A stretch of 64,000 bases of DNA from Chiloscyllium plagiosum (taxonomy: Eukaryota). The notes beneath the pieces were generated by a model that did not search any database, was not told where the DNA came from, and was given only the letters and a program-made list of their open reading frames with translations. The number at the start of each line of letters is the position of its first letter. Within the stretch, counting starts at the first letter, position 1. Location of the stretch: the NCBI RefSeq assembly GCF_004010195.1, contig NC_057719.1, positions 67,149,065 through 67,213,064 of the forward strand, in the 5' to 3' direction. The position numbers and the translations under genes were made by a program. Below are positions 41,505 to 54,465 of this stretch, one piece after another.

Positions 41505-41810
41505 GGGGGTGGCACGGTGGCCCAGTGATTAGCACTGTTGCCTCACAGCGCCAGAGACCCGGGATCAATTCCCGCCTCAGGCGACTGACTGTGGAGTTTG
41601 CACATTCTCACTGTGTCTGCGTGGGTTTCCTCCTGGTGCTCTGGTTTCCTCCCACAGTCCAAAAATGTGCAGGTTAGGTGAATTGGCCATGCTAAATTGT
41701 CCACAGTGTTAGGTGTAGGGGAATGGGTCTGGGTGGGTTGTGCTTCGGCGGGTCAGTGTGGACTTGTTGGGGCCGAAGGGCCTGTTTCCACACTGTAAGT
41801 AATCTAATCT
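41505..41810 (+). mobile_element. HE1-type V-SINE
   Basis: tRNA head, V-domain and tail ctgtttccacactgtaagtaatctaatct. Inserted into the host LINE at gtaccatc|tacaagatg. Confidence 0.9.
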
Positions 41811-43294
41811 ACAAGATGCAGTGAACCAACTCAACAAGCCTCCTTTGATAACATCCCCCAAACCTGTGACTGCGACCATCCAAAAGGACAAGGGCAGCAG
41901 AAACATGGGAACACTAGCATTTGTAAATTTCTATCCCATCCACTCACCATCTTGACTTGGAGATAAATTATCGTTCATTCATTGTCACTGTCAAAATTTG
42001 AGAACTCTCTCTCTAACAGCATTGTTGGTGCACCTACACCAATGGACTGGAATGATTCAAGAAAGTAGCTTAGAACCACCTTCTTAAGGGCAATTAGGGC
42101 TGGGCAACAAAGGCTGGCCCAATCAGCGATACCCACATCCCACTTTAGTAAATTTTAAAAATACCTTCATCATCAGCTTTCTCAATTCACACTGCCACCT
42201 TCATTAAGTCTACAATCTACCCTTGGTTGTTATCAGAAACTCAAAACATTTTTGATTTAGTAACTATGGGATTCCAGATACTTTGCACATTTATTTTACC
42301 ACAAGTATTTTGGTCAGTTATTGTGGATAGTTAATATTGTACAGAATCAATGAGATGCCCACAAGAGTATGGTAGTGGGTAGGGAAAGAACAGAAGGGAC
42401 ATGTTAGGATCACACTGAATTTAAATTGTAGCTGATATTTTTATGTTCAGTTTCTTTGCATATAGGAAGCTAATACATCAAATGACACTGGACTGGTTAC
42501 TTCACAAACTTAATCAATTGCAGTTTACTCTTCATTGTTGGGAGTTGAGCAAATCAATCCCATCACATATCTGTGCAGACACCATCTACACTAGATCTAA
42601 ACTCACGTGATTCTATTTGTAAGGACAGCAATATCATAACAGATCCATTTTGAAGGTAGTAGATTTATTCTTTACTATCTCAGATGGAACAAGCAATGGA
42701 GAAGTTATTGGTGAATTAGTAGAAGTTACTTTCTGCTCAGCCTGCAAACCTTTTCCTTTAGCATCCAACCTCTGGCCAGAAATCATCAGGGATTGAGATC
42801 AGACAGCTCATCTCGATTTGCCATTGATTTAGGTTCTGAACAATCTTTAGATTCATTGCAAGGTGGGAAGTATGCTTTTAAGAATAAGGTTTTTGAGATT
42901 ATTGTAGGCAGCACTAGCAAGGCAGCTGTTATTGCTCATCACCAGTTGCCCTAAAGGTGGAATGAATTAATCACACAATGAGTGATGGAATCACACACAA
43001 ACAGACCAATTCCCTTTAGTAATCCAGTTAAAAGTTTACAACTTGGTTAATTTCATGATTGTTTTCTGCTACTGATCCAAAAATTACCAGATTTATTGGA
43101 TTCAGGTTTATGATGGATTTCAATTCAGAACAGCTCACTCTGGAAGCACGATAAGATGAAACATGAATGCCTCTTTAAGTAGATTCAGCGTATTTTATTT
43201 AAATTATACCTTGCATTCATCATTTGAAAATTACTCCTTAGTATGACAAAAGATGATGCATCTTCTGGTATAGAACAGCAAGTAAATTCAATTG

Positions 43295-43672
43295 AAAGCA
43301 ACTAATGCTGGCAATCACAGTGGGTCAGACAGCATCCATGGAGAGAGAGCAAGCTAACGTTTCGAGTCTAGATGACTCTTCATTGGAGCTGAAGTGAATG
43401 TGGAGGGGATGTCATTTATCCTGTATGGGGGGAGGGGGTGTGGGGTAGTGGGTGTAGGGTGCTGACGGAGAGAGGATGTTATAATTCAGATTAAGTGTTC
43501 GGAATGTGAGAATGGCAGAACAATGGTGTGTTTCCTGGCAGACTTGAAAGGACAGTAAGTGGAAGGGGAGGACATGATAACAAGCTAAAAGAAAGGTAAA
43601 CGGGGCAAATTGCCTGTTCACCTTCTCCCTGCTCACCATCCAAGGCCTAAACAGGCTTCCCAGGTAAAGCAA
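43295..43672 (-). mobile_element. Penelope pLTR remnant (further family) with decayed hammerhead
   Basis: Reverse complement of 43352-43390 reads AGCT-CCAATGA-A-GAGTC-atcta-GACTC-GAAA-CG-TT-AGCT. Confidence 0.7.
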
Positions 43673-45139
43673 AATTTGTGAAAAAAAAAATCTATGATCA
43701 CCCCCGACCTCTCAGCTCCCCAAAATCACACCCTTGTTCTTACAATTTTCAAACCTCGAAATGTAGCATACAGCGTGAAAACGTCTAGATAGCATTGGTT
43801 TATTGATATCATGCAACGTAGCAAATTAGTGATTACCATATCTTTTTTCCTATAAGACGTAAAAAACAGCAATGTTAAAAGAAAACCTACACTCTTTTTG
43901 AGGCCAGACATCCATCAGAATGTCAATGACAATTAGATGTGGTGCTACAAACTGTCATGATAGAGTAATAAGTAGTGGATTAAACCAAAGGCAGTCCTCT
44001 GATTTGATTCACTGAAAGGTACAATGAGGTTGTTTCTTGAATTTTATGGAGTTATGCAATTAGAGATGAGCAGCCTTATAATATTTCAATTAGAGCAACC
44101 CATGAGTACTTATGGAGCTATAAAAAGTGCCCAAAGAATTTTGATGACATTTGCTTTGAAAACCCATCTCCAACTTTGCCAACTCCAGTCATTTGGTTGG
44201 CAGTGTGTTCTATGTAAATTGACACACCCTTATTCTAAAACCCCAACAGGACTAACTGCAAAGCAATCATGTGTTACAAAAATAGTTGCTGCCACTGCAG
44301 CAACAGTAGCAGGCAAAAACAGAAACTGGTACACACTGACAGCCAATGCTTCCTCTAAGTTTTACAGGTGATGCTGAGCAGTGACTTCAAGGTTCTGCCA
44401 ATTATCCTGCTGATGCTTTGATTTCTGGCTCCTGAAGCTGCTGCTGTGCACAGACCTCAGAGCTCCTCACAGCTCAGGAAAAGTTAGAGGGAATGTAGTT
44501 GATTGTCTAAAATCATTTGAACATTTGTTGTGTTTTTCAGACTGCTGCTCTATTTAGATGGGTCTAATGAAGAAAGGGCTGCAAGAGTCAAGTTGCTGCA
44601 CAGATTTTTATCATTATCTATATCACTGGATTTCCACTGGAAAGGCAACCCTCTCCCAAGTTAACATACTGAGTGTTGAGGTGCTAATCATTGAAAACAA
44701 GCTACTTTGGGTAGAACAGGTTGTTCATATGTCAGAAATGCAACTCCTGGAGCGACTGCTCTTGGCAGAACTCAGTCATGACAGAAGACTCCCAGGAAGA
44801 CAACAGTAACACTGCTTTAAAGTTCCCCTGAAGAGATCAAACATCCCCACCAATTAATAGGAGACCCTGGTTTGTGACTGACCAAAGTGGAGAAGGTTCA
44901 ATTAGCTAGATACCAAACACAGAGACTTCACCAGAAAAATGCAGAGGCAAAGTCAAGGCATCACGATATAATTCAGAAACCTCGAAACAAAGTATCTACC
45001 TAACTCTTCAAACACAATTTGCATCACATGTTGTAGTCTAGGGATAGTATAAACCATCTCAGAACCAATCAAACTGTAGGGGAAACAAGTTATCCTCAAT
45101 CCTGGGTGATTACAAAGGAGAAGGAGACAAGTTGCTTTT

Positions 45140-46075
45140 TTAAAAATTCATTTTGGGAAATTGGATTTCACTGGCTAGGCCAGCATTTATTGCCCATCTC
45201 CAACTCATCTTGTTGTGGTGATGGCCAGCAGCTTTCTGAATAGTTTCAATTCATTTGGTGTAGGCACACCTGCAATGGTCAGGAAGGGAGTTTTCAGGAT
45301 TTTGACCCAGCTAAAGGGTGGGAACAGTGATATAGATCCAAATGAGGATGGTGAGTGTCTTGGAGGTGCTGCCATCTGTAAGGGAACAGTCTGCAACTTA
45401 TAGCTATGTGAGGCTCTCCAAAGAACACCAGTAGACACACCCTTAATTGAGGATGAAACACACTTTAACACTGCACCAGCTTTTATTGTCCATCACTAAC
45501 TGCCCTTGAGAAGGTAGCAGCGAACTGCCAATGTGAATCACTACAGTCCATATGTTGTAAGTAGACCCACAATGCAACTAGGAAATGAATTACAGGGTTT
45601 TGCCTCAGCGATACTGAAGGAATGGTGATATATTTCCAAGTTGGGATGGTGAGTGGCTTGGAGTGGAACTTGCAGATGGTGTTCCCATGTACCTGCTGCC
45701 CTTGTCCTTCGAGATGGTAATGGTTTTGGGTTTGGAGCCATGGTGAATTTCTGCAGTGCCTCTTGTAAATGGTAGCTATGGTTGCTGCTAAGCATCAGTG
45801 GTGGAGGGAGTGAATGTTTGTGTGTGTGGTACCATTCAAGGGGCTATTTTGTATAGTGCTATGTTTCTTGAATGATGCTGGAACTGCATACAACCAGGCA
45901 AGTGGAAAATATTCAATCACACTTTTGATTTTATTTTGTGGTAGCAAACAGAGCTTGGGGAGGCAGTAGGTAAGTTACTTATTGTAAAATTCCTCGCCTC
46001 TATCCTGCTCTTGCAGCCACAGCACTTATTTGGCTGGTCCATTTGAGGTTCTGGTCAATGGTATCCCCAGGATAT
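45140..46075 (-). mobile_element. Family-B LINE 3' fragments (two tails)
   Basis: ggccagcatttattgccc.. and ccttgagaaggtag..tttccaagttgggatggtgagtggcttg..ggtgttcccatg are the reverse of 41880-42140. Confidence 0.7.
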
Positions 46076-46359
46076 ATCCAACATTCTCTTATAAATGAAA
46101 GAGGACATTATAATTGTTTCATGGCTAAACATAGGACGGCTGGTTAACAGTTTCTTAAACAAGAATGCATTTATTTTCCAAAATTGTCACCAAATCTAGT
46201 CTGTAAGAATAGTTTTGCCATAATTCATATCAAATAATAAAGAATTGATTCAGTTTAACTTGCCAAATATCAACTTGTTCAAGTGCTAGCACTTAGACAG
46301 ACTAAGTCAGAAGAATATGGATTTAAGTCCACTTCACGGGTTATTTTCTTATTTGATGA

Positions 46360-46630
46360 TGAAATGTGGGCATTTTGGACTAGGCCAGCATTTATTGCCC
46401 ATCCCTCATTGGGCAGATGAGTCAACCCATTGATGTGGGTCTGGAGCCAGAACAGGAAAGGATTGGCAGATTTCCATCCCTAAACAATGAGCGAACCATT
46501 TTTTTTATGGCAATCAAAAGTGGTTACATGGTGTCCACTAACTTTATTTTTTTCCGGATTTTTACTGAATTTAAATTTCACCATTTCCCTAGGGTTCTGG
46601 ATTACTATACCGGTGATATTACCACCACAC
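46360..46630 (-). mobile_element. tRNA-derived SINE (22730 family)
   Basis: taggccagcatttattgcccatccct..ggcagatttcc..ctggattacta, the reverse of the 1012/22730 family. Confidence 0.55.
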
Positions 46631-46641
46631 ATGATCTAGAC

Positions 46642-46825
46642 CAGTGCTTCCTTCAGTTGGGGTGAGGACCTGAAGTGACATCAGGAACCAATGGCTATAG
46701 TAGAGCTCTGACTGAATTATGAAAGCTTTGCTTCTTTTCTAGCAGGCAGGGCTACACTTTTGCATGTCCAAGAGTCTTGCATGTCTCACTCAGGGTCACA
46801 ACAGGGAGAAGTTTGGTAAGCACTG
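46642..46825. mobile_element. hAT-Charlie-like MITE (184 bp)
   Basis: TIRs cagtgcttcc.. / ..ggtaagcactg. Flanks atctagac / atctatgt resemble a decayed 8-bp NTCTAGAN target duplication. Confidence 0.6.
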
Positions 46826-47035
46826 ATCTATGTGGTCATGAATTTGACAATGTGCTTTTCAAATGAAGTCAAGGTCCCAACTGCCTGCTCAAGTGGATGC
46901 ATCGAGGTCTCATAATACTATTGAAAATAGTGCACTGGAGCCGTCCTCATGAACCAACAGATATCCTTCACCCAACATCATCAAATCAGAACTATTTGGT
47001 CACTGCTGTTAATGAGACTTTTCCATGTCTAAACT

Positions 47036-47691
47036 GGACATGAGATAGCTTTGGCAAATAGAATTAAGGAGAATCCAAAGAGTTTTTACAAATACATTAA
47101 GGATAAAAGGTTAACTAAGGAGAGAATAGGGCCCCTCAAAGATCAGCAAGGCGGCCTTTGTGTGGAGCCGCAGAAAATGGGGGAGATACTAAATGAGTAT
47201 TTTGCATCAGTATTTACCGTGGAAAAGGATATGGAAGATATAGACTGTAGGGAAATAGATGGTAACATCTTGCAAAATGTCCATATTACAGAGGAGGAAG
47301 TGCTGAATGTCTTGAAACGGGTAAAAGTGGATAAATCCCCAGGACCTGATCAGGTGTACCCTAGAACTCTGTGGGAAGCTAGAGAAATGATTGCTGGGCC
47401 TCTTGCTGAGATATTTGTATCATCGATAGTCACAGGTGAGGTGCTGGAAGACTGGAGGTTGGCTAACGTGGTGCCACTGTTTAAGAAGGGTGGTAAGGAC
47501 AAGCCAGGGAACTATAGACCAGTGAGCCTGACGTCGGTGGTGGGCAAGGTGTTGGAGTGTATCCTGTGGGATAGATGGGATATGGGCCGGGTGCTGGCAG
47601 GTGGGACTAGATTGGGTTGGGATATCTGGTCGGCAAGGGCAGGTTGGACTGAAGGGTCTGTTTCCATGCTGTACACCTCTATGACTCTATG
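47036..47691 (+). mobile_element. Young CR1 LINE with internal deletion, inserted into a Deu-SINE remnant
   Basis: ORF NRIKENPKSFYKYI..KSPGPDQVYPRTL..NVVPLFKKG..PGNYRPVSLTSVVGK jumps directly to the 3' tail. Confidence 0.92.
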
Positions 47692-49874
47692 GAAGCCTTG
47701 CTTACCTGCATAGCATTGACTACATTATGTAGAACATATACTGCACTACATATATGCCTTTTTTTTTGTTATATTTCTTTGAACTAACTCTCTCTCACAT
47801 GGACTACAGAGGATTGAGAAGTCAGCTCAACACTATCTTCTCAAGGGTGATTAAGTATGGGCAACAAATGCTAATTTCAAAACTTAAAACTATGCTGAAC
47901 AAATGTACAACTGTATAGTGCCTTTCATAACTTTTATAAATAATGAAGCACTTTTGCAATATTGTCACTGTTTTAATATAGAAATTGCACAGCTACACTT
48001 TATACATTTTACAGTTGGTATCACTGGATTAGTTATGATTAAAATAAGATTAATAATTCTTAGGTCCTCTTGTCATTTTTGCAAGCTTAATTAATACACT
48101 TTTAATGAATGAGTTCAATCCAGTTTGCATACAGCAATTACCTACAGTGCAATTTAATAAATGCAATATATCAAATGCACCTCCCAAGACAGCACAGCCA
48201 GTATAATATGGGTACAGTAGTCACTATATATGCCTATGTCACTATATTTGTGAATCAGCCAACACTATATTTATAGTAATGTTCATATACCAAAAATGCA
48301 GTCATGATAACACACTAACCCTATTTCTTTGCTCTTTGCAAAATGCAGTTTGAGAACATTCAGAAGTTACATGCTGAGTTAACTTTTATTTGTAAATTAA
48401 AGCAGGCAAGAAAATCTTAGAGTGATCACAACTGTCATAAAATTATGCAGAAGTTAAGCTGTGGGATAACAGATCTACTAGCACAAAGAATTCCAGATAC
48501 AAGTATTCAAATCAAGTACAGCTAAGACTACAGTGAATGAGTCACAGACTTCATTTTGTCTCTTCTCAAAAACATCTTAAAAATTAATTTGGATCATCCA
48601 AAAAATCTACTGAGACGTCTCCTGCACGAATGAAACAGCAGTTTCTAAAAACAAATGGGTAATAGGAAATCTTACTATATTGGCTTCCTGTAAAATTTTT
48701 TTTATATGTAAGCCCATTATAGAAAAGTACTGTATGTATATATTTAAAGGAAAATTACCACTGTTTAATCAGATATCCTCTGTAACTTAAGTTTGGCTTT
48801 TACATTAAGAGTGCAAATTAATCAAAGTTCCTAAGGAAGCAAGTTACCTACAATTTCTCTACAAACTATATATTATTATAGAACATCTAAACATAAACTA
48901 AAAGGGCTATACATAAAAAGTGGCAGCACTGACAGTGGTGAATTAAATTTTAAAATAGGAACTGGGCTCAATGCCGGCAGAAGGCTCAGCAGTCAGGCCA
49001 ATGGGATGGTTCCTAGGAACTAATTTACAAAACCAAAGCTGGTAATATCTTTGTAAACAGCAAGATGGAGTTATTTGTGGGCATGAGTCATGCTAGAATC
49101 ATTCCTGTTTAAGTGAATGGCACTAAATAGATGTATCTAATGAGACACTTTCTTTGTTAGCATCTTTTGTGGATATATGCATGATCTGAATGCTGCAAGC
49201 ATTTTTGAATTTTAAAAGCTGTACTCCATCTCATATTTTGAGGCAAATATTTAAGATAAAATATAAGGATCAAAATGAATGAACCTACTACAAGGAAATT
49301 ATTGAAAAGATTTCTGTCTACAGTTCGTTAACTTGCTGAGAACTGACAGAGCCTTTAGCATATTTGGGTACATTCATAGAAAAGTCAGAACTAAGAGTGC
49401 ACAGATGATATCTCAAGGCGGATATCCTCTGCAACATTTCAGCACATTCATTTGGTATCAGGGGAAGCGGTTTTGAACTGCAGTAAACCATTTGTTTCAA
49501 GTTCAGAACAGATGGTGTCTGAGAGGACAGTAGGTGTGTAACTACCCAATGTTTTTAACAGTATTTATCCTTGGTTCATGTAAATACCATCCTATTTTAA
49601 ATGAATCTCCAAATCCAAGATAATAATTCATTTTCTTTAAACATGAAGTTTTAAATTGCAATATGAAAGTTTGAAGTTGCAAACTTTCAAAATCAATTTG
49701 AAATAACCTGTTTTCAAAATTTTATGCATGCAAATATCTAAACCATACAACGTCAGTATTATCAAAATGAATAGTTTTATTGAAGGGATTGGTAAATAAA
49801 CTAATGGCTACTAAGCATAATCTCACCATTAGGTTTTGTGTAATTTTCTGCTGATAAACTCTCACTTTATGCTG

Positions 49875-51590
49875 TCTAGTCCTGTTCAAATTTTATAGGT
49901 TTCTCCAAAATCGCCACACCCTCATCCCATTCTTCCAAATTCCAGTGAATATAGTCCTATATGATCAATTCTCTCTTCATATGCTAGCCCTACCATCACA
50001 TGAATCAGGCGAAAGTGAGGACTGCAGATGCTGGAGATTATTAGAGTCGAGAGTTTCCAGCACCACACTCTCAACATCACATGAATCAGTCTGGTAAACT
50101 TTTGTTGTACTCCCTTGATAGCCAGAACATCCTTCCTCTGTTAAGGAGACCAAAACTGCATTCAGTACCCCAGGTGTGGTCTCTCAAAGGCCCTGTACAA
50201 TTGCAGCAAGATGTCCTTGCTTATGAACTCAAATCCTGTCTCTCTCTCTCTCTGAAAGCCAACATACTATTTGCCTTCCTCACCGACTGCTGCCCCCGAA
50301 TGCTTACTTTCAGTGACTGGTGTACAAGGACATCAGGTTTTGTTGTACCTCCCCTTTCTAACCTATTACTATTCAGATAATCTGCCTTCCTGTTTTTGCT
50401 ATTTAAGTGGATACCTCAACATTTATCCACATTATGCTTTATCTGCCATGCATTTATACATTCACTCAATTTGTCCAAATCACATTGAAGCATTTCTACA
50501 TCCTCCTCACAATTAATCCTCCCACCTAGATTTGTGTCATCCGTAACCTTGGAGACATAACGTTTAGTTCCCTATCTAAATCATTAATATCTATTGCGAA
50601 TGGCTGAAGTCCAAGCACTGATCCTTGTGATATTCCACTAATTGATGCCTGCCATTTGGAAAAAGACTCTTTCATTCCTACTTTTTGTTTCCTGTCTGCC
50701 TACCAGTTGTCTATACATTTTAATAAAGGTAAAGTTGCCGTAGTTTTATCAGACCATAGGGCTGCCCTCTCATTACAGAGAGATGACTGATGATGGTTTA
50801 ACTGGAGAATCACCTAACCTCAGGTGAGGGAGAGGTTGAGAAAGAGAGTTCTTTATGCTAACCTCAGCTGGTTCAGAATTTGAACCCTTGCTGCTGTGTC
50901 CCTCTGCATCGCAAACTGGCCATCCGGTCAACTGAGTTCATTACACCCAATACAATGCACTTTAATTTTCCATGCTAATTCTCACAAGGGTTGTTTTTTA
51001 AAAAAGCCTTCTGAAAGCCAAGCAAACCGTATCTACTTTTTTCCCCTTGTCAACTCTGTGAATTACATCCTCAAAAGGTTCCAGTAGAGTCATAGAGATG
51101 TACAGCACAGAAACAGATCCTTCAGTCCAACTGGTCCATGCCGACCAGATATCCTAACATAGTCTATCCCCATTTGCTAGCACTTGGCCCATATCCCTCT
51201 AAAGTGTTCCTATTCACATACACATTCAGATGCCTTTTAAATGTTATAATTGTATCAGCCTCCACCACTTCCTCTGGCAGTTAATTCCATACATGTACCA
51301 CCCTTTGCCATTATAATTGGTCTGCCATTATTTATGTGTTACCCATTATAAATTCCTCTGTTTCTGACTATAAGGGACACTTGTCTTCACACTTCTTTAT
51401 CTCTTCATAAATTTATAAGAGCTATGTTCCCCGCAAACTTACTTTTGCACTCTATTTCCCCCCCATCAATCCCTTATCCTCCTTTACTGAAATCTAAATT
51501 GCACCCAATCTTCAGGTGTACTGTGTTTTTCTGGCTAGTTTTGAAAGCCCTTTCATGGATCTAAGGATCTAATAATCCTTAATTTCTCTT
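49875..51590 (-). mobile_element. Old CR1 fragment with several nested insertions
   Basis: Reverse-complement similarity to 3200-3800 (e.g. atctgccatgcattt..ttgtccaaatcacattgaagcatttct). A young CR1 tail lies at about 51086-51308. Confidence 0.75.
50725..50938 (-). mobile_element. tRNA-derived SINE (16857 family)
   Basis: Reverse-complement match to 16857-17075. Confidence 0.7.
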
Positions 51591-51771
51591 ATTAGTCATG
51601 GTCAGGACACCTTTCTTGCTTTATTTTTGTGCCAGACAGGAAGGAGGTGAGGAGAGAATGACAGGTGCACTTCTCTATACCTCCAGGCACTCTTTAAATG
51701 TTCGCCATTGCCCATTCACTGGCATTCCTTAAAGTGACGCTCCCCAATTTATCATAGCCTGCTCACACCTT

Positions 51772-52277
51772 ATGATTTGGAGATGCCGGTGTTGGACTGG
51801 GGTGTATAAAGTTAAAAATCACACAACACCAGGTTATAGTCTACCAGGTTTATTTGGAAGCACTAGCTTTCGGAGCGCTGATCCTTCATCAGGTGGTTGT
51901 GGAGGACACAATCGTAAGGCACAGAATTTATAGTAAAAGTTTACAATGTGATGTAACTGAAAGTATATACTGAAAAAGACATGGATTGTTTGTTAAGTCT
52001 CTCATCTTTTAGAATGAATATGTTGGTTTCAGTTCTTTATGAATACATATCAAAGAACTGAAACCACATGCTCATTCTAAAAGATGAGAGATTTAACAAA
52101 CAATCTGGGTCTTTTTTCAATATATAATTTCAGTTACATCACAATGTAAGATTTGCTATAAATTCTGTCTTACTATCTTATACTCCACAACCACCCGATG
52201 AAGGAGCAGTGCTCCCAAAGATAGTGCTTCCAAATAAACCTGTTGGACTATAACCTGGTGTTGTGTGATTTTTAACT
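51772..52277. mobile_element. Palindromic Penelope pLTR pair (about 230-bp arms)
   Basis: 51810-52040 is approximately the reverse complement of 52050-52277. Hammerheads at 51861-51895 (minus, core intact) and 52192-52226 (plus, decayed). Same family as 10226-10440. Confidence 0.85.
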
Positions 52278-52584
52278 CGAACCCAGCACCACCTTCCTAA
52301 CCTGCAATCTTCTTCCTGGCCTCTCTGCGCCCACCCCCACTCCGGCCTATCACCATCGCCTAAACCTCCTTCCACCTATCGCATTTCCAACGCCCCTCCC
52401 CAAGTCCCTCCTCCCTACCTTTTATCTTAGCCTGCTTGGCACACTTTCCTCATTCCTGAAGAAGGGCTCATGCCCGAAACGTTAATTCTCCTGCTCCTTG
52501 GATGCTGCCTGACCTGCTGCGCTTTTCCAGCAACACATTTTCAGCTCTGATCTCCAGCATCTGCAGTCCCCACTTTCTCCTACC
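52278..52584 (+). mobile_element. Penelope pLTR (family of 5296-5533) with hammerhead
   Basis: Near-identical to 5290-5520. ATTC-CTGAAGA-A-GGGC-tcat-GCCC-GAAA-CG-TT at 52452-52483. 12-bp TSD tgatttttaact. Confidence 0.85.
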
Positions 52585-54465
52585 TGATTTTTAACTTAGT
52601 TTATTTTACTTAGATTCAGGATCCTAGAAGTAACGATGTTTTAAACTTTTTGATAATTACATGAGTCATTTACATGACAATGTTATGTAATCATGAGGAC
52701 AATGTTACATGAGTAATATTTTAATATGAATAATAATTCATGGTCATGAATGGTGTGGTTCCTATATCATAATAATGAAGAATACACAGGGTTAGCGAAT
52801 ACAATCTGGGCTTGTCAAAATCAGACCCCAGTTAGGTGTCAAGACCAGAAGTGGATTGCACCAAAAACCACAAGACTCCTGCTTTACTTGAATACTAGAT
52901 GCAACACAAATTATTTCATCATGCTAAAATGATAGTGAATGCACAAGGAGCTCGCTTTACAATGACCAGCATCCAGTTTACAAGCTTTGATTATGATTTT
53001 CAGAAGTTTGTAAGAACAAGGCCTATATATGTGTGGTGTCAAAACATAAGCATCATACTAATATCTCATGGAAATCTTCCTGACAATGCCAATACAGAAA
53101 CTACAATTACAAAGCACAAGAACAATAGCTTGGCGGATAATACATTATTTGCACTTCTTCTTGTTGCTGAGTCACTGATGACATGGGGGTCCATATTGAA
53201 TTCTTAATCTACATATTAAGTCAGGTTAGTAAAGGAGATAAAATTGATCTAAAGATTTCGGGGTTCTGAAAATTAAAAACTTTTAGATTTCTAACTACTG
53301 TCGAAGATGTTTTTTTGTTGAAAGTTCAATGTGCTTGGCGATGATACGTCCTATGTTACACTAGATAAAATGAAATATAGCACTGAAAAACATTTTGCTT
53401 GCCAGTTGCTACTTTGGGAACCATGTCTCAGAAAGCGTTTAGCACCTCCTGAAAAGGAAGTGATCAAACCAGATGGGGAGCGGGCGGGGAAAAGGAAAAG
53501 GTGGGTAATACGCGATGACTCTATAACTATTTGCCGAGTGAGAACACGAAATAAAAGCACTATATTCGCAAACAAACTGCTTTCTTTAAAATAAAACTGC
53601 AACAAATGAAGGATGCGCGTTTAAGAAGGCATGATGGTGACGCTTCATTTCACTTTCACATTTTAGAAATGAATAACAATGTATAATTTAGTAAATCTGA
53701 GAATTCGCCGAAAAACGGGGTACTACAGTCGAAGAGCTATTCACACATTCTAAAGTTAGATTGTCAAAGAGGGAAAGGAAAACCAGGCAACAAAGTGTCC
53801 CCATGCTGATTTCTCCCAATCGCTCTGCACTAGGCGAGTGTCTGCAAACACTGTGAATGGACAACAGGTATTTTATGAATGAGGCGATCATGTGACGGCC
53901 GCACCTCCCAAGCGAACATTTTCTCAGCAACTGCAAAGCAACGTTTGCAGCAGCACGGCTTTGAAGATCAAGGGCTGCGGGTAATGTAGGCACAGCCTCT
54001 GAAAGGGGCCCCATTCCCCCCGCTTTTGGAGATTGAAAGATGTTTGTTTATTCTGGGTGATTTTTTTTTTAAAAAAAATGAATGAAAATACGGCGTGTAA
54101 ATACGAACAGTTTAAAAGACAACATCAGCAGGATCGGTCACCTCAATGATCAAACGGAACTGAACGTATTCATTAAACAAACCCGTCACCAATCGTCCTC
54201 CGCTAGTTCCAACAAATCCTGACCGCGCTGGCCTGCAGTTGCGAGGCCGGGATTGAGAGGCCGAGCTCCGGGAGAAGCGGCACTCCGACAAAGCCGGTTC
54301 TCCTTCTCTGAGGGGTTCCGCTTGTGATGCCAACACCCCGCCCGTCTCCTCACCTCCCAACCGTGGGGAGCAGCACCCACAATGTTTTTCTTAACTTCCA
54401 CAACACCACGCCAGCCCCGAGGTACCCTGGCACATGGTAACTGCACCCCTCCCACCCCAACCCCA

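Larger units (their letters stand above)
40140..42150 (+). mobile_element. Family-B LINE fragment interrupted by two insertions
   Basis: Collinear with 27470-28350 once 40384-41176 and 41505-41810 are removed. Confidence 0.7.
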
